Source: Heteronotia binoei
Taxonomy: Eukaryota
Assembly: GCF_032191835.1 (NCBI RefSeq)
Contig: NC_083228.1
Span: 122,388,001-122,452,000, forward strand
DNA: 64,000 nucleotides
Direction of reading: 5' to 3'
Shown here piece by piece: positions 47,812 through 60,559 of the stretch (the stretch's first letter is position 1; every line of letters begins with the position of its first letter). Under the pieces are notes generated by a model, which ran no database searches, was not told where the DNA came from, and saw only the letters and a list, made by a program, of their open reading frames with translations. The translations under genes and the position numbers were made by a program.

Positions 47812-48398
47812 CCTTATGCAGTTAGCATGGAGTTTCAGGCTTGGGAGTCACCAATATGCAGGTGACACCCAGCTATATCTGTTGTTGGGTGGCCAGTCAG
47901 CTGCAGTCCCACAAAATCTGGCTGAAGGATTAGAGGCCATGGTGGGCTGGCTAATAAAGAACTCTAAGTAGTTCAACTGTCCTTAGCTAGGGCCAGGGCT
48001 TGCTCATTCTGGGCCCCTACCTGGTGGAACTCTCTACCAGATGATGTCCCTGTGGGATCTGCACCAATTCCACGGGGCCTGTAAGGCAGAAATGGTTCAC
48101 CAGGCTTTCGACAGAGGCTTTTGATAGAGGACAGTGATAGCTGGTTGCCTGTCTTCTTATCTACACTCCTCCAGAAGTGTTCCTCCCTCCCACACACTCC
48201 ATATGCCCCAACAGTCTGAAGAAAATGAATTTAATTAGCAAAACACCATTGGAGGTTGGATTTTTTACTGTTATTGTTTTACTGTATTAACTGAAATATT
48301 ATTTTATTTTATGTATATTTATCTGATGTACATCACCCCGAACCCAGCCTTGGCCAGGATTGGGTGATTAATTAAATCATCATTATCATCATCATCAT

Positions 48399-48568
48399 GG
48401 CTTTTTTGTAGTAGGAACTCCTTTGCATATTAGGCCACACCCTCCTGATGTAGCCAATCCTCCTGGAGCTTACAGTAGGCCCTGTACTAAGAGCCCTGTA
48501 AGCTCTTGGAGGATTGGCTACACACTGTGTGGCTTAATGCGCAAAGGAGCTCCTATTACAAAAAAGCC
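48399..48568. mobile_element. Near-palindromic (fold-back) MITE
   Basis: Arms ggcttttttgtagtaggaactcctttgcatattaggccacac...tgtagccaatcctcc pair with ggaggattggctaca...gtgtggcttaatgcgcaaaggagctcctattacaaaaaagcc. No clear TSD. Confidence 0.7.
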
Positions 48569-50524
48569 ACAACAACAACAATAATAATAAAGAGGGGGGC
48601 CAAAACTGATAAACAATTAGTGCTCTACACTAAGTGGTGATCATGAGGTAAATGATAATCCATTTCCATCTTGAATTGGATTCTTACAGCACTGTAGATG
48701 GGATCATTTTAAGAGCAACAGATTCAGCCAGAAAAATAGAGTGATCAACAATATAAAACGCAAAACATAGATAAAGTGGAGGGGCCTCTGTAAAATTGTA
48801 TAGTTTAGAAATCAAGAAAAAATTAATAAGAAAAAGTAAAGATTCTATCAGGTAGAAAGAACTGGGGAAATAGGAAAACAACAAATGGATTTATTTACAC
48901 TCCACAGCATAGTAGTAACATGGCCTTTTCTTCTTTTGTGATACTGCACAGAAATGCCAGCCTTCCAGGGCAGGCATAGAGTCCAGTGAGACCACAGAAC
49001 TCAGCTAAGGGATGGCACATCAGGAATGAGAAGGCTTTGCTAGGGGAGGAATATGAAGACAGTGCATTGCCCTCAGAAGAGACAGACAGGGCTATAAGAT
49101 GCACATTCTGGCAGTTAGGAATGCATTCCAACAGACTTTGTTTGCAACGGAGTGGTCTAAGGCTTAAACAGAGCCATAGATCCTACATGATCTCTACTCC
49201 ATTTGAGGCACAACAGTAGGCAGAGTGAAGCAACTAATAGCCCGATCAAGGGGTTAAGAGAAAGTAGATCCAGCTGTACATAGCATGTGTAAGAAACCAC
49301 AAATTCAGGGATGCATCCCTTCCAAAACATTTCCTGCTATTTCCGTTGCTGAATTTCACCAGTTCCTTCTCTTGCTGCAAACATCAGACTTCACACTCAC
49401 GCTATTGCTGGGACTCCCTGAATGTTCAGGGGACATTTTGAGCTGTGGTGGGAGAGGGAGGCAAAGAAGCTGTGCTGTGCTGCTGGTGTCAATGGAAGCT
49501 ACCAGAGGACACAAGCCAGGGTTCCCCCAATCATTTCAAGTGAGCATGTGGCAGTTCTCATATCCACAAAACAATCAGGCAGGCCCAACAGTACAAGCAT
49601 CCTCACAATGTCATATTGATGCATTTATCACAACACTTTCAAAGGCTTCCATGGGGTGATGTGTGCTTTTCAGAAAAATATGAATTGGGAAATTTTGTGA
49701 TGCTCCAAGTACAGCACAATCTGATTTAGCATGCTTATTTTGAGTTATATTTAGTAAATATTTTTTTTAAAAAAAATTACCTTGTGTTAATTTTATATCC
49801 TTATTGCAACAAAAAATGTAATCAAAATTTCTGATTACAAAAATCAAAAACAAATAAAGTGTGGCTAAATGTTATATTCTAACAAATTAAAAACTGTATG
49901 CAGAAGTTATGTTTATTGGAACAATTCTTAGAACATTTAAACATATATATGTCTTATATTGTTTAAATTTTAAAAAGACAGACACTGGTGACTGCTGAGA
50001 CATGACATTCAGCACAAGCAGAGGACTGTACATGATATGCCTTGGTTGTTCACTCTTTTATTTCAATGGAATTTAGCTCTCTTTTATAGAGGTCCCTGAC
50101 ACTTCTTGTGGCTTCACTTGCATGACTTGTTAGTTCTGTATCAGACTGGTGAATACAATGTCCCTTCCAGAATACAAGAAAAGACATCAAATAAGAATTT
50201 CAGCTTTGTTTTTATTTGGCCTACACAGTCAATCAAGCAAATTTACCACTTAATTTTTAAAATTTGATTATACACCTTTGTGGTTTACTCTGCCCCCCAA
50301 TTTACTAATCAATAAAACATACATGCACTCACACATTCAAAGCCTGGGCAGAATCTCCTGAAAAACATTAATTACTCTTTGAAACTGCCACACTTGCCTA
50401 ATATTGTATTAACAATGGCATTCATTCATTATTAGTTCCATGAAACAATTGAGTTTTCAGAAACGGAATTTTTTCCATGAACAAATAAAGCACTACAAGA
50501 AATTCTGCCCCTCATCTCTGTCCT

Positions 50525-50645
50525 CCCTGTGCAAGCACCAGTTGTTTCCGACTCTGGGGTGATGCTGCTTTCACAACGTTTTCATGGCAGCCCTTTTTAC
50601 AGGGGGGTGGTTTGCCATTGCTTTCCCCGGTCATTACACTTTCCC
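50525..50645 (-). mobile_element. Sauria-type SINE 3' fragment
   Basis: ccctgtgcaagcaccagttgtttccgactctggggtg matches 16700-16800. Confidence 0.7.
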
Positions 50646-52104
50646 TGTAGAGGTCAGTTAAAAAGTCACACTCATCTACAGCCAACTGGATTTCAAGACT
50701 GTTCACAGAGATGAAACTGGTTCTTTAGTATGCTTCTTGACACAAAAAACAAAAGCATACGTCTGTGTTTATGAGACATGCTAAGGAACAGCTTATTCCA
50801 TTCAGTGCAAAAAGAATGGTTATATAGAGCCAACAGACTAGTCACAACCATTCCTGCAACGCTAAGACATTATAGTTCAAATGTTAGTTTGCACAAATGC
50901 AAGAAGGCTATTTTCCTTGGACTACTATCCTAGGGCTGCTAAGGATATGCTGGGGGTGGGGGTTCCCCTGGTTTAGGGGCCTCCAACCTGCCAGCATGGA
51001 GCTAGCCAGTGGGGGGAATCCTTGCCCCCAAAGAGCTCTGCAGCGTGCAACGTGCCTGACACAATGACGTCACCCAGATGATGTCATCACACTGGGCACA
51101 TTGTAAAGGGGGACAGTCTTAGCATTTATGTAAAAATTTTATGGTGCCATAGAATTTTTTTACCTGAATCCTAGAGCATCCCCCACGTGACGTGCCGGGC
51201 ACAAAGACATCACTTCTGGGTGATGTTATTGTGCTGCACATGCAAAGCATGCGCATGAAGACTTCCCTGCCTCAAGAAAGGTAGGACTTGGCAATAACAA
51301 CATCCCATTCCACACTTCTTATCTTCTTCCTCCTCTCAGAAGCTAATTTTTTAATACATTAGGCTGCAGATATCCCAGTAAACCTCCGTTCATGACAGGA
51401 ACAAGTACAGCTTGTTTTTGTCCTCAGGTGCTGCTCCCCAAACCTCCCCCTTCCCCACTGTACATTAGAGATGACTGAGAGAGTCCTGGTTTATCATCCT
51501 TTCAAATGAGACTTCTGAATGGAGATGCCTCAGCAAATGAGTTTTTGCCTTCTCCAAACAGGGATGTTAAACATTCTGATTTGTGGGGAGGAAATACACT
51601 AGAATGCCCAGGAATGCATCTGAAGTTTTATTTCAGGGCTTCACAAACCAGGAAGCTATCAGTCATGCTCTGCAACCAAGGGGAAAAGGCAGGAAGCACA
51701 TGAACACATGTTCACGTCCATCATTCACAAAAGGAGATTTATCGTGACATCTGAATTTATTTGCAATGTCTCATGCAATGGATGGATGACATAAAGGGAA
51801 ACTGGTAAGAGACTGCCTATACTGAATTCCGGATTCTGTAAAAGGTTTTGTCTTGGATCTAATGAACTGTTTCCAAACAGGGAAAACTTTCTACACATAG
51901 AGCACAGTTCTCTCAACTCCTTCCTATGGCTGCAGACCAAAATACTCCTTGAAATGCTATTTCTAGGGAACAAGCATTTCAGAGGGCATCTGTGGGTACA
52001 ATGAAAGGGAGATGTAAGAAAGCCATGCTCCGTGATTATTTCCAGCTCCTGAAATTATCACTAGACACAGGCCTTTGTCCACACTTTGTTATACTTTCGG
52101 AATG

Positions 52105-52351
52105 GGATAAACGTATGGAACAGAGGTCCATTTGTGGCTATTAGACACAAGGTATACAGGGAACACTATGTCTGGGGCAGTGATGCTCTGTATTCTTATG
52201 CTTGGGGGGGAAACCGTGGGAGGGCTTCTTGAGTTCTGGACCCTTTGGTGGATTTCATGATGTCTCCTGGGTTTTAGCTGTTATGTGACTCAGAACACTG
52301 GACTGGATGGACCATTGGCTTGACCCAACATGGCTTCTCTTATGTTCTTAA
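52105..52351 (+). mobile_element. CR1 3' UTR fragment
   Basis: ggctattag...ggactggatggaccattggcttgacccaacatggcttctcttatgttctta. Confidence 0.75.
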
Positions 52352-53128
52352 TGTCAACTTCTTCCTTTCAGCAGTAGGTATATATTTAAAATAATTCTAT
52401 CCTTGACCCAATACATCTTCAAAACAGCTTATAATAGCATAAAATCATATAATTTAAATTCTAAATTCAGAATATGATGGAATATTTGCAGAAACATAAA
52501 TTTATTTATTTACTTTAGATTTATATGCCACCCGCTCCGCAAGCAGACTCTGGGCGGCTTGGATCTAACCAACTTTTCAGGTTCTGAGAAAGGAAACACC
52601 ACCAAATAAAGTCCATGCTGGGAATCAAGGACCTGCATGGACAAAAGCAATGTGTGATGGGGATTATGGCACAGGGGTGGGACATACTTGACTAATAAAT
52701 ATATAGTAATACATTCTGAAATACAATTTTAAAAGTAGTTTTTGAATGCATGTGCAAATCTGGCAAAGAAAAGGAAACTTTCAGTAGCCAGACAAAAAAA
52801 AAAGGTTCATATTTACTGCAAATATGAACCCTCCCCAAGCAGAACCATGGCAAAATAAAGTGACTCTGATGCTCCAGCTGCTAAGCCTTTATATTTATTA
52901 AAGCATGAACCTCAGACTAATGACATGAAATTGTTTCTGAGCAGGTGTTAATTTTATACTGTACTCAGATGTTCTTCCACAAGTGACATTAAGGAGGAAA
53001 GTGCACAAACATGGTTTGTTGGCAGACACAGACATAAGCCTCATTTCTCCACTATCCTTTCTAACACAGCTGCATAGGTTAGTTAGTCCACCCCCATCTA
53101 AAGAACTTGTTTGCAAGGCATATACATT

Positions 53129-53310
53129 ATTTACTTGCCTGATTTAAACCTTATTATTCTCCATGATGGGGACACAAAGCAGATGACATACGTAGGTTAG
53201 GCTGAGAACGTGTGACTAGTTCAAGGTTGGCCAGTGAGTTTCCATGGCAGAGTGATCCTGGATTTCCCAAATTCTAGTCCAGCACTCTAACCACTACACC
53301 ACACTGGCTC
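53129..53310 (-). mobile_element. tRNA-derived SINE (older Squam3-like)
   Basis: ctctaaccactacaccacactggctc head on the minus strand. Confidence 0.6.
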
Positions 53311-53360
53311 CCATGAGCTATGTAACATACATGAGCCTGGCAATGGCAGATTCATGCACA

Positions 53361-54011
53361 CATAAGAACATAAGAGAAGCCATGTTGGATCAGGCCAACG
53401 GCCCATCCAGTCCAACACTCTGTATCACACAGTGGCTAATATACACACACACACTGTGGCTAATAGCCACTGATGGACCTCTGCTTCATATTTTTATCCA
53501 ATCCCTTCTTGAAGCTGTCTATGCTTGTAGCTGCCACCACCTCCTGTGGCAGTGAATTCCACATGTTAATCACCCTTTGGGTGAAGAAGTACTTCCTTTT
53601 ATCTGTTTTAACCTGACTGCTCAGCAATTTCATTGAATGCCCATGAGTTCTTGTATTGTGAGAAAGGGAGAAAAGTACGGTACTTCTTTCTCTACTTTCT
53701 CCATCCCATGCATAACCTTGTAAACCTCTATCATGTCACCCTGCAGTCGACGTTTCTCCAAGCTAAAGAGCCCCACTTTCTTCATAGGGAAAGTGTTCCA
53801 ACCCTGTAATCATTCTAGTTGCCCTTTTCTGGACTTTTTCCAATCCTATAATATCCTTTTTGAGGTGCGGTGACCAGAATTGCACACAGTATTCCAAATG
53901 ATAACGCACCATCGATTTATACAGGGGCATTATGATACTGGCTGATTTGTTTTCAATTCCCTTCCTAATAATTCCCAGCATAGCGTTGGCCTTTTTTATC
54001 GCAACCACACA
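53361..54011 (-). mobile_element. 5'-truncated CR1, same family as 45043-47811
   Basis: KKANAMLGIIRKGIENK...[11 protein letters not shown] peptide and tail cataagaacataagagaagcc. Confidence 0.9.
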
Positions 54012-54259
54012 CACCCCAGCTTAATGTTGGCCTATTGTGAAATTGTGAAATCTGCACGATTCCTTTCTGCTTTTAAAGCAAGCTCTTTCTTCCTCATATC
54101 CTAGTGTCTTCTAAACCAGCTGCAGAGTTACAAAACTGAACTGCTCAGCAGAAACACAGACAGGTAATGGAACTCTATCCATAAGAAAGAACATAAGGAA
54201 CAAATAAAACTTAGATTAGCAAGGGTTAAATTAGTCAAACAAAAACGTGCAAGACTCAC

Positions 54260-54418
54260 CATCTGAGCACGCAGGTACATCTGAGCCTGGCTTGCAGTCA
54301 GAGTAGGGGAGCTGCTCCCCAGTAACATGGTCTGTTGGGTCAGACTGCTGCTGCTACTGTTCGAGGTCTGTGACCGGCTTATTAGCTGCGCAGGTGTAGG
54401 AGAAGCAGAAAGATTAAT
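54260..54418 (-). CDS. PHC3: PHC3 coding exon 5 (INLSASPTPAQLISRSQ...ASQAQMYLRAQM)
   Basis: Acceptor cttccctag| at 54419, donor ATG|gtgagt at 54259. 159 nt. Confidence 0.96.
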
Positions 54419-55954
54419 CTAGGGAAGCAAAAATATTGCTTTTATTAACTGCCTTGACCCCACAATTTCAACGACCATCATAAGCTGCCAAGCTGTGCAT
54501 ACTTACTTGGGAGTAAGCACCACGTAAAAGAGTTGGGTTCACTTCAGAGTAAACCCACATAGTTATCTTCAGTATCTAAGATATCTGTTTAATATACAAA
54601 CCTGAGTTTTCCTTTTTTTAAAGCAACACTGTTTTGGCGCATAGCTTAAATGCTTACCTGTTGACTACCCAAGGTCGCAAGATACAGTCTTGGATATTTT
54701 TAAACCATTGACAACAAATAAGATACATTTTCAAGTTTAAACATTAAATTAAATAATCCTAAATTCTGGTACAACACAGCTTGCATTGATCTTCTGAGAT
54801 GTAGCCTAAAACTTTGATAATAAATTGGTATTCATATTAATTCTAGAATTTAAATACAGAAAATGTTGTACAATCTTCCTAGTTTTCTTTTGGGATAAGA
54901 CATTTCAGTTAGCCTCTTGTTCCTAAGGATCACCTGCCCCACAACAGCATTTTGATTTAAACCCCACCTTTCCCCATGGCTCAAGGCAGCTTACAGTATT
55001 TAATTAAAAACATTCAAGTAGCAATAAAAAACCAACTCACTACCAACCGATTTTTTTTTGGGGGGGGGAGGGGGCGCTTGGTGGGCTGAAGTGTGGGAGT
55101 GTAGTTTTTTTAGTAGACTTCTCCTAGTAGTAATTTGAATCCAACCCCATATCTTCAGAATCTAGCCTAATTTTTTAACCACCACATTAAACACAATACA
55201 AACACACAATGTTTGGTTTTTTTCATATTACCATGGTAAATGTAAAAGGGAGGAATCCTACATTAAAAATTAAAATTGTTTAAATGCCTCCATGAAATTT
55301 CTCCCCATGGTGTTATGGCAAAATTCACAACCAAAAACCTTGCAAAAGATCAGAAGTTCAAAGTTTTGAAGACAAATTTAAGTATGGTTTGCACATAACA
55401 ATGGAGTGGCATTATGGAAAATCTTCCTGGAAATTTTTGTGCTCATGCCCTTGGTTACTTTCCACTCTTCTCCACACACTGTTCTTGGAAATTACACATG
55501 CAGCAAGCTGCAATTAGGTAACACCCAAGTCACAAACTATGTTTTATTCTCTTCCCTCCAAACCAAGAGTGGTTCCTGGTTTGAAAATATGAGAACAAAC
55601 CATAGCGGGGTGTGTGTTTGTGTATACACACACAATAACCAACTGTAGATTGCCAAAAAAACCCAGTGAGTATTAATCTCCTAACCATGATGGGGGGAGG
55701 GTTGTCATATTAGTCTGAGGATCTCCAAGGATCATTTCTTGGTTTTCTGTCACCTAAGAACCATGTCCTAGTTATAGGAGATCATCCAGAGAACTCTTAA
55801 GGGTAGATATTTTTAAAAATTAATGCTCAGATTTCGAAGAAAGGCAAATTGAGTTAAAATCAAAGTTTCCACAACATAGTTATTCAGACTTCATTTACTT
55901 TCAGTAACTAAAAGAGTCTGGCTTAAAAGAAGGCAACTTGTTCAAAATACTTAC

Positions 55955-56032
55955 CGAGGTTTCTGACATGCTTGACTGCTGAGTGACACTGCCATTGGGG
56001 GATGCACACTGCCTCCCACCTGACAGGTTTGC
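55955..56032 (-). CDS. PHC3: PHC3 coding exon 4 (ANLSGGRQCASPNGSVTQQSSMSETS)
   Basis: Acceptor ctatttag| at 56033, donor TCG|gtaagt at 55954. 78 nt. Not in the ORF track. Matches recalled human ASLSSGRPSTSPTGSVTQQSSMSQTS. Confidence 0.92.
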
Positions 56033-56741
56033 CTAAATAGCAAGCACATCTGTCAAATGTGTCATTTACACTGCAATAAAAAGTGTTTAAATATTGTTGA
56101 ATATGATAAATTGAACATCTAGCTCAATGGCATTCACTAGGCAGCCCAAGACCCAAAATGGCTATGTATGCGGTTATCATTAGACCCTCTACCTATGCAG
56201 TTAACCTAACTTATACTTTTTTATACAGTCAAGACTGTATCATGAGTTATCCTAATTAACAGCCCTTTTCTTTGTGAGCAATGAATCCCATGATTCTCCC
56301 AACCACACACCTTTATAATCAACTGTGTTTCATTGACAAGCAACTGCTATGAACTCCTCCTTCGACATGCAACTTCACTACACTGAAGATAGCTTAGGCC
56401 AGCCCAGAGCCACTGATGCAACTGCAGTCTCTCTATTCAGTTCCAAACTCCAACTGTCCCTTAGAATGTATGTCAAACATCAGACACCCATTTATTTCAT
56501 ATTGGGGGAGAGCATTTTCCCCAAGGGGCTGCAGAAGACCTACAGTTCAAACTACTCCATCATTTATTTCTTTAACTTATATTCTGCCCTCCCCACTATT
56601 AGCATTAATTAATGGATAAGTATTATATTTGCTGATAGGGAATGCCGTTCTTTCTCTTTACAAGCAATAAACCACAAATGTTTGTTACCTACTTAACACC
56701 CAATAGTGGCTGGTTGCCCAAGGGTGTAATAGATATAGAAC

Positions 56742-56979
56742 TAGGGATGCTGGCTTCCAGGTGGGTTTTGGGGATCCCCTGGAATTACAGCTCATCTCCA
56801 GACTACAGAGATCAATTCCTGGAGAAAACTGATACGTTGGAGGGTGGGCTCTATGGCATTGTACCCCGCTAAGGTCCCTATCCTTCTTCAGCTCCTTCCC
56901 CAAATTTCCAGAAGTTTCCCAACCTGGATCTGGCACATTCCCGCACCCCTGCTAGGGGTGGGGGGTTGTGGCAACCCTA
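56742..56979. mobile_element. hAT (Blackjack/Tip100-like) MITE
   Basis: Termini TAGGGATGC / GCAACCCTA. Near-perfect 8-bp TSD tatagaac / tagagaac. Confidence 0.65.
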
Positions 56980-57177
56980 TAGAGAACACTGCTGCTCTTG
57001 GACAACTGAGCTCATTCTCACACAAAGCTGTGCCATAACCAGTGCTCAGGCCCCAGAATAAAAAAAAATTACAGGCAACCATTAAGTTAGGACACAAGCA
57101 CATTCCTGTTACTATGTTTGGTAGCTCTTAATGGTTTAATTCCCAAAGAGTTCTTTTGTAATTGATTTCCATCTCAC

Positions 57178-57318
57178 CTGTGGAACACTGGCCAGGCTCA
57201 AATGCTGCTGTTGCAAAGCTGCAGTCTGTAACATCAGGTGCTGCTGCTGAGCTGCATACATCTGTTGAAGGTACTGCGCTGCAGAGCTTGGAGGACGATG
57301 CAAAGCCTGCTGAATAAC
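57178..57318 (-). CDS. PHC3: PHC3 coding exon 3 (VIQQALHRPPSSAAQYLQQMYAAQQQHLMLQTAALQQQHLSLASVPQ)
   Basis: Acceptor ccacag| at 57319, donor CAG|gtgaga at 57177. 141 nt. Polyhomeotic N-terminal motif. Confidence 0.96.
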
Positions 57319-58911
57319 CTGTGGACCGTTCAGTAACATCATTACTATGGCAAAAAATAGAGATTTGTATCAAAATTGCCACCATCAAAGAACTATACCT
57401 TTTTCTAAGAACTACACCAGAACCTTGGAACAATTACGACTGGCAGCCAACCTGATGTGGGCAAAATGCTGAATGCAATATAGAAACTACTGTCCTCCTT
57501 GCACCTGTGACTGAACGCCACCCTCCATATCCCAGATCAGACTTTATTAGAGTACTGGCAGAACAATATTTTATAGAGGCCTGCATGCCCTTGATAATCA
57601 TGGTGATCACTCTATATGTGGAATGTAACCTTCTGAAAATGCCACCGGAAGATACATTTCCTATTTTCTACAATTGGGGCAAAAAACAAGGTATACATAT
57701 CTAAATAAATAATCTTCCTCTCACCCCATTGTACTCTCATCCCCCTCCAAAGTTATTGCCCAAACACAACTCAATGTCTATTGTAGCTCTGCCACCTCCT
57801 TTATTGAAACTACTCCTGGTTTCCTCTCATCCAGAAAGTCTGTACTGCCCACTACAACAGCTCTCCTCCTCTGCTCTAAAGGTTACCTCTCATCCAAGCC
57901 TTATTTCTTTTCTTCCTTAGCGTCTACTTCTCCTCCCTGATTCTGTTCCCTTCTTCTGATCTCCTACAGGTTAATTTACTGGAATGTAGCATAGCCAGAG
58001 TGGGGAGGCTGCCTTCTACGGAGGGGGCCCCAAGCAAACAAGCACACTGAAAAATTCTGCTAGAAATTTTATTTCTATTTATTTGCTTAAGCACCCTAAA
58101 GGATGTAGCATTTATTTATTTTTTAATATATATGCTGCCTCTCTAGAGGACTGCTTAAGGCAGCATTTCACTTGCCATTACACACAGCAGCTAATGAACT
58201 GGAGCAGACCATGAAAATGTTGAAGTGAGGAATGCAAGTACATCATATGTGTTTCTTAATGCTAAACATTATTTGGAAGATTGCAGGGGGGAGAAAGTGG
58301 GTCAGTAACAGCCATACATCCCCTGTAGCAGGCAGAGAGGTTCATGGGATCTGGAAAACTCTGTCCAGTTCTCAGTACACTTCTTCAGATCTGTACAGTG
58401 AGTATGATTTTCCAGCTTCAATGGTTTTATAGCAATAAAATGAGACATCATATTCCACAATATAAATAGTTCACAGCCTTGTTCTCTCCTGACAATGCTA
58501 TAAGATTATCAAGGATATAACCTGCCCAAAGCATTGTTGCAAAAAAGTCACCAAATTTTTATTAAGTCCCTCTTCAAAGTTTTATGTTCCACATGAAAAC
58601 AAACGGGAACAAACTAGAGAAACAGCAAAAAGATGTATGAAAGATAAGAGAAGGACGAGGGACAAAAATCAAATGATTAAGGATCATATGAGTTCCTTTC
58701 CTTACTTTCTCTAGTCAGATCTGAAGACAATGCAGGGATCACACATTATGCAGGCATAGAAGTGCTACATGTACAGCTAGTAAGGCCAGCAAAGTCCGTT
58801 GGCCTTCCTCCATGAAATAATTCCCTTCTATAAACACAGTAGTTATTTGCCTATAAACACCCTCCATATATCAATACCCTTGCACTCCTTTGTCTATCAG
58901 CTGTCAAATAC

Positions 58912-59040
58912 CTGCACAGCATGCCGATCTGCGCCACTATAGACAGATATCTGAGGTGGCTGTGTACGAGAAGGAGATGACGTAGTAGTAATGGTGGTTG
59001 TGCATGTGGAAGATACTGTTGTGCTTGGTTCATTCTCCAT
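58912..59040 (-). CDS. PHC3: PHC3 exon 2 coding part from the probable initiator Met (MENEPSTT...QISVYSGADRHAVQ); the exon itself starts at 59062
   Basis: Acceptor ctcgccag| at 59063, ATG at 59040-59038, donor CAG|gtattt at 58911. Equivalent to human MDTEP...ISVYSGSDRHAVQ. Confidence 0.9.
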
Positions 59041-59130
59041 AGCTATGGATTGATCCTTCTACCTGGCGAGAATTGAAAACAAGAATTGCATATCACTGTG
59101 ATCTGAATCTGAAAACAAATGCACAGTTCA

Positions 59131-59342
59131 GTGGACATGTGAGCCTGCCAATCACATAAAGCTGCCAATCAGACCACAGGCCCATCAAGGTCAGTATTGT
59201 CTCCTCAGACTGACAGCAAATCTCCAGGGTCTCAGGCAGGTCTTTCACATCACCTACTGCTTCACTGGAGATGTCAAGGACTGAACTTGGGACCTGAGGA
59301 ATGCCAAGCAGATGCTCCATCACTAAGCTACAGGCCCTCCCC
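59131..59342 (-). mobile_element. tRNA-derived SINE, same family, about 70 nt upstream of the PHC3 exon 2 acceptor
   Basis: ccatcaaggtcagtattgtct...tctccagggtctcaggcaggtctttcacatc. Confidence 0.7.
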
Positions 59343-60559
59343 AATGTGACGCTCAATGTGACATAGTGTTCCGGATTTTGCCCTAGGAGATGTCCCAGTT
59401 AAAGCAGACTATACATCTCAATCTTTCACATGCTGTTCTGTATTTGTAAAACAGGAAAGAGAATGGAAAGGAGATGACATACATCTCCAGGTCTGGGGAG
59501 GATACGTCTAAGTAAATTATTTCAGAGTAGCAAGAAGACAACTGGTCACAGCAAGGAAAGAGTGACATTGCTTTATTATAAAGGTGGGCACACAAAATGA
59601 AATTAACACAGTAAAATGACCTATTTCAGTTCCCAGATCTAAGACTACATCAACCCCAATAACCATTATTTAAGCAATGCAATGAAGTCGGTATCTAAGG
59701 AAGCTTTTTAAATCTCCAAGGCATCAGTATCAAGGTGCATGTGTTTACCATTCAGAGAAAAAAAAAGGGGGGGGGAGATCAAAATACTAAATGGCCATCA
59801 CCTGGTAGGAACCTGGTATATCAAGTATTTGGCAAGTATTTCCCAGTCTGGCAAAGCAGTCTTTATTACTTTAAAGAGATGCAAAGTGACAAATCTACAT
59901 GAGGCTTACTGCTCTCTTCTAGGAGGACCAGCCATTCAAATAATTAATGTTGCTTTAATTCTCTTGCAAATGAACATAGGCAGTTCACTTTCAGTCATGT
60001 TACGGTCCCTCAAATGGTACATTAACATCTGGGCCTCATACCATCTCTGTACAGATGATCAGGAGCTGTTCTCTCCCCTCCCCCATTCTGAAAGGACTGC
60101 AAAGCTTCTTTTTTTTCAGATATGCTGCGATTTGGGCTGTAATTTATCTATTCCTTATGTTGATTTTGTTTTAAAACGTCTACATTTATTGAAGATGTTT
60201 TAAAATGTATGCTTTCCCCAAATGTGCATTATCTTTTTTTTTTTTTTTTAAAGATCACATGGTGAGAAAAACAAGGTTAGAAGTGGTTTCAATAAACAAA
60301 ACACAAGAGGAGAACTTACAGAGCTGCCGTTTCATTTATTTATACATCCACTTTTCTGCAAGACAACCAAGGCGCAATAAAACAGAGACAGTGCATGCAC
60401 ACCTGTTGATACAGTGGGAGAAAGCCTCACCTATTGGATTTCTACCTGTAACACTCGTATTTACCTAATCGTTTGGAGGGAAAAGAAGCCTCGCCCAACA
60501 AGTGCAACCCACAGGGAGTAGCCAGACGTCCCTGAAGGGACAAATGCCCGTGACAGCGA

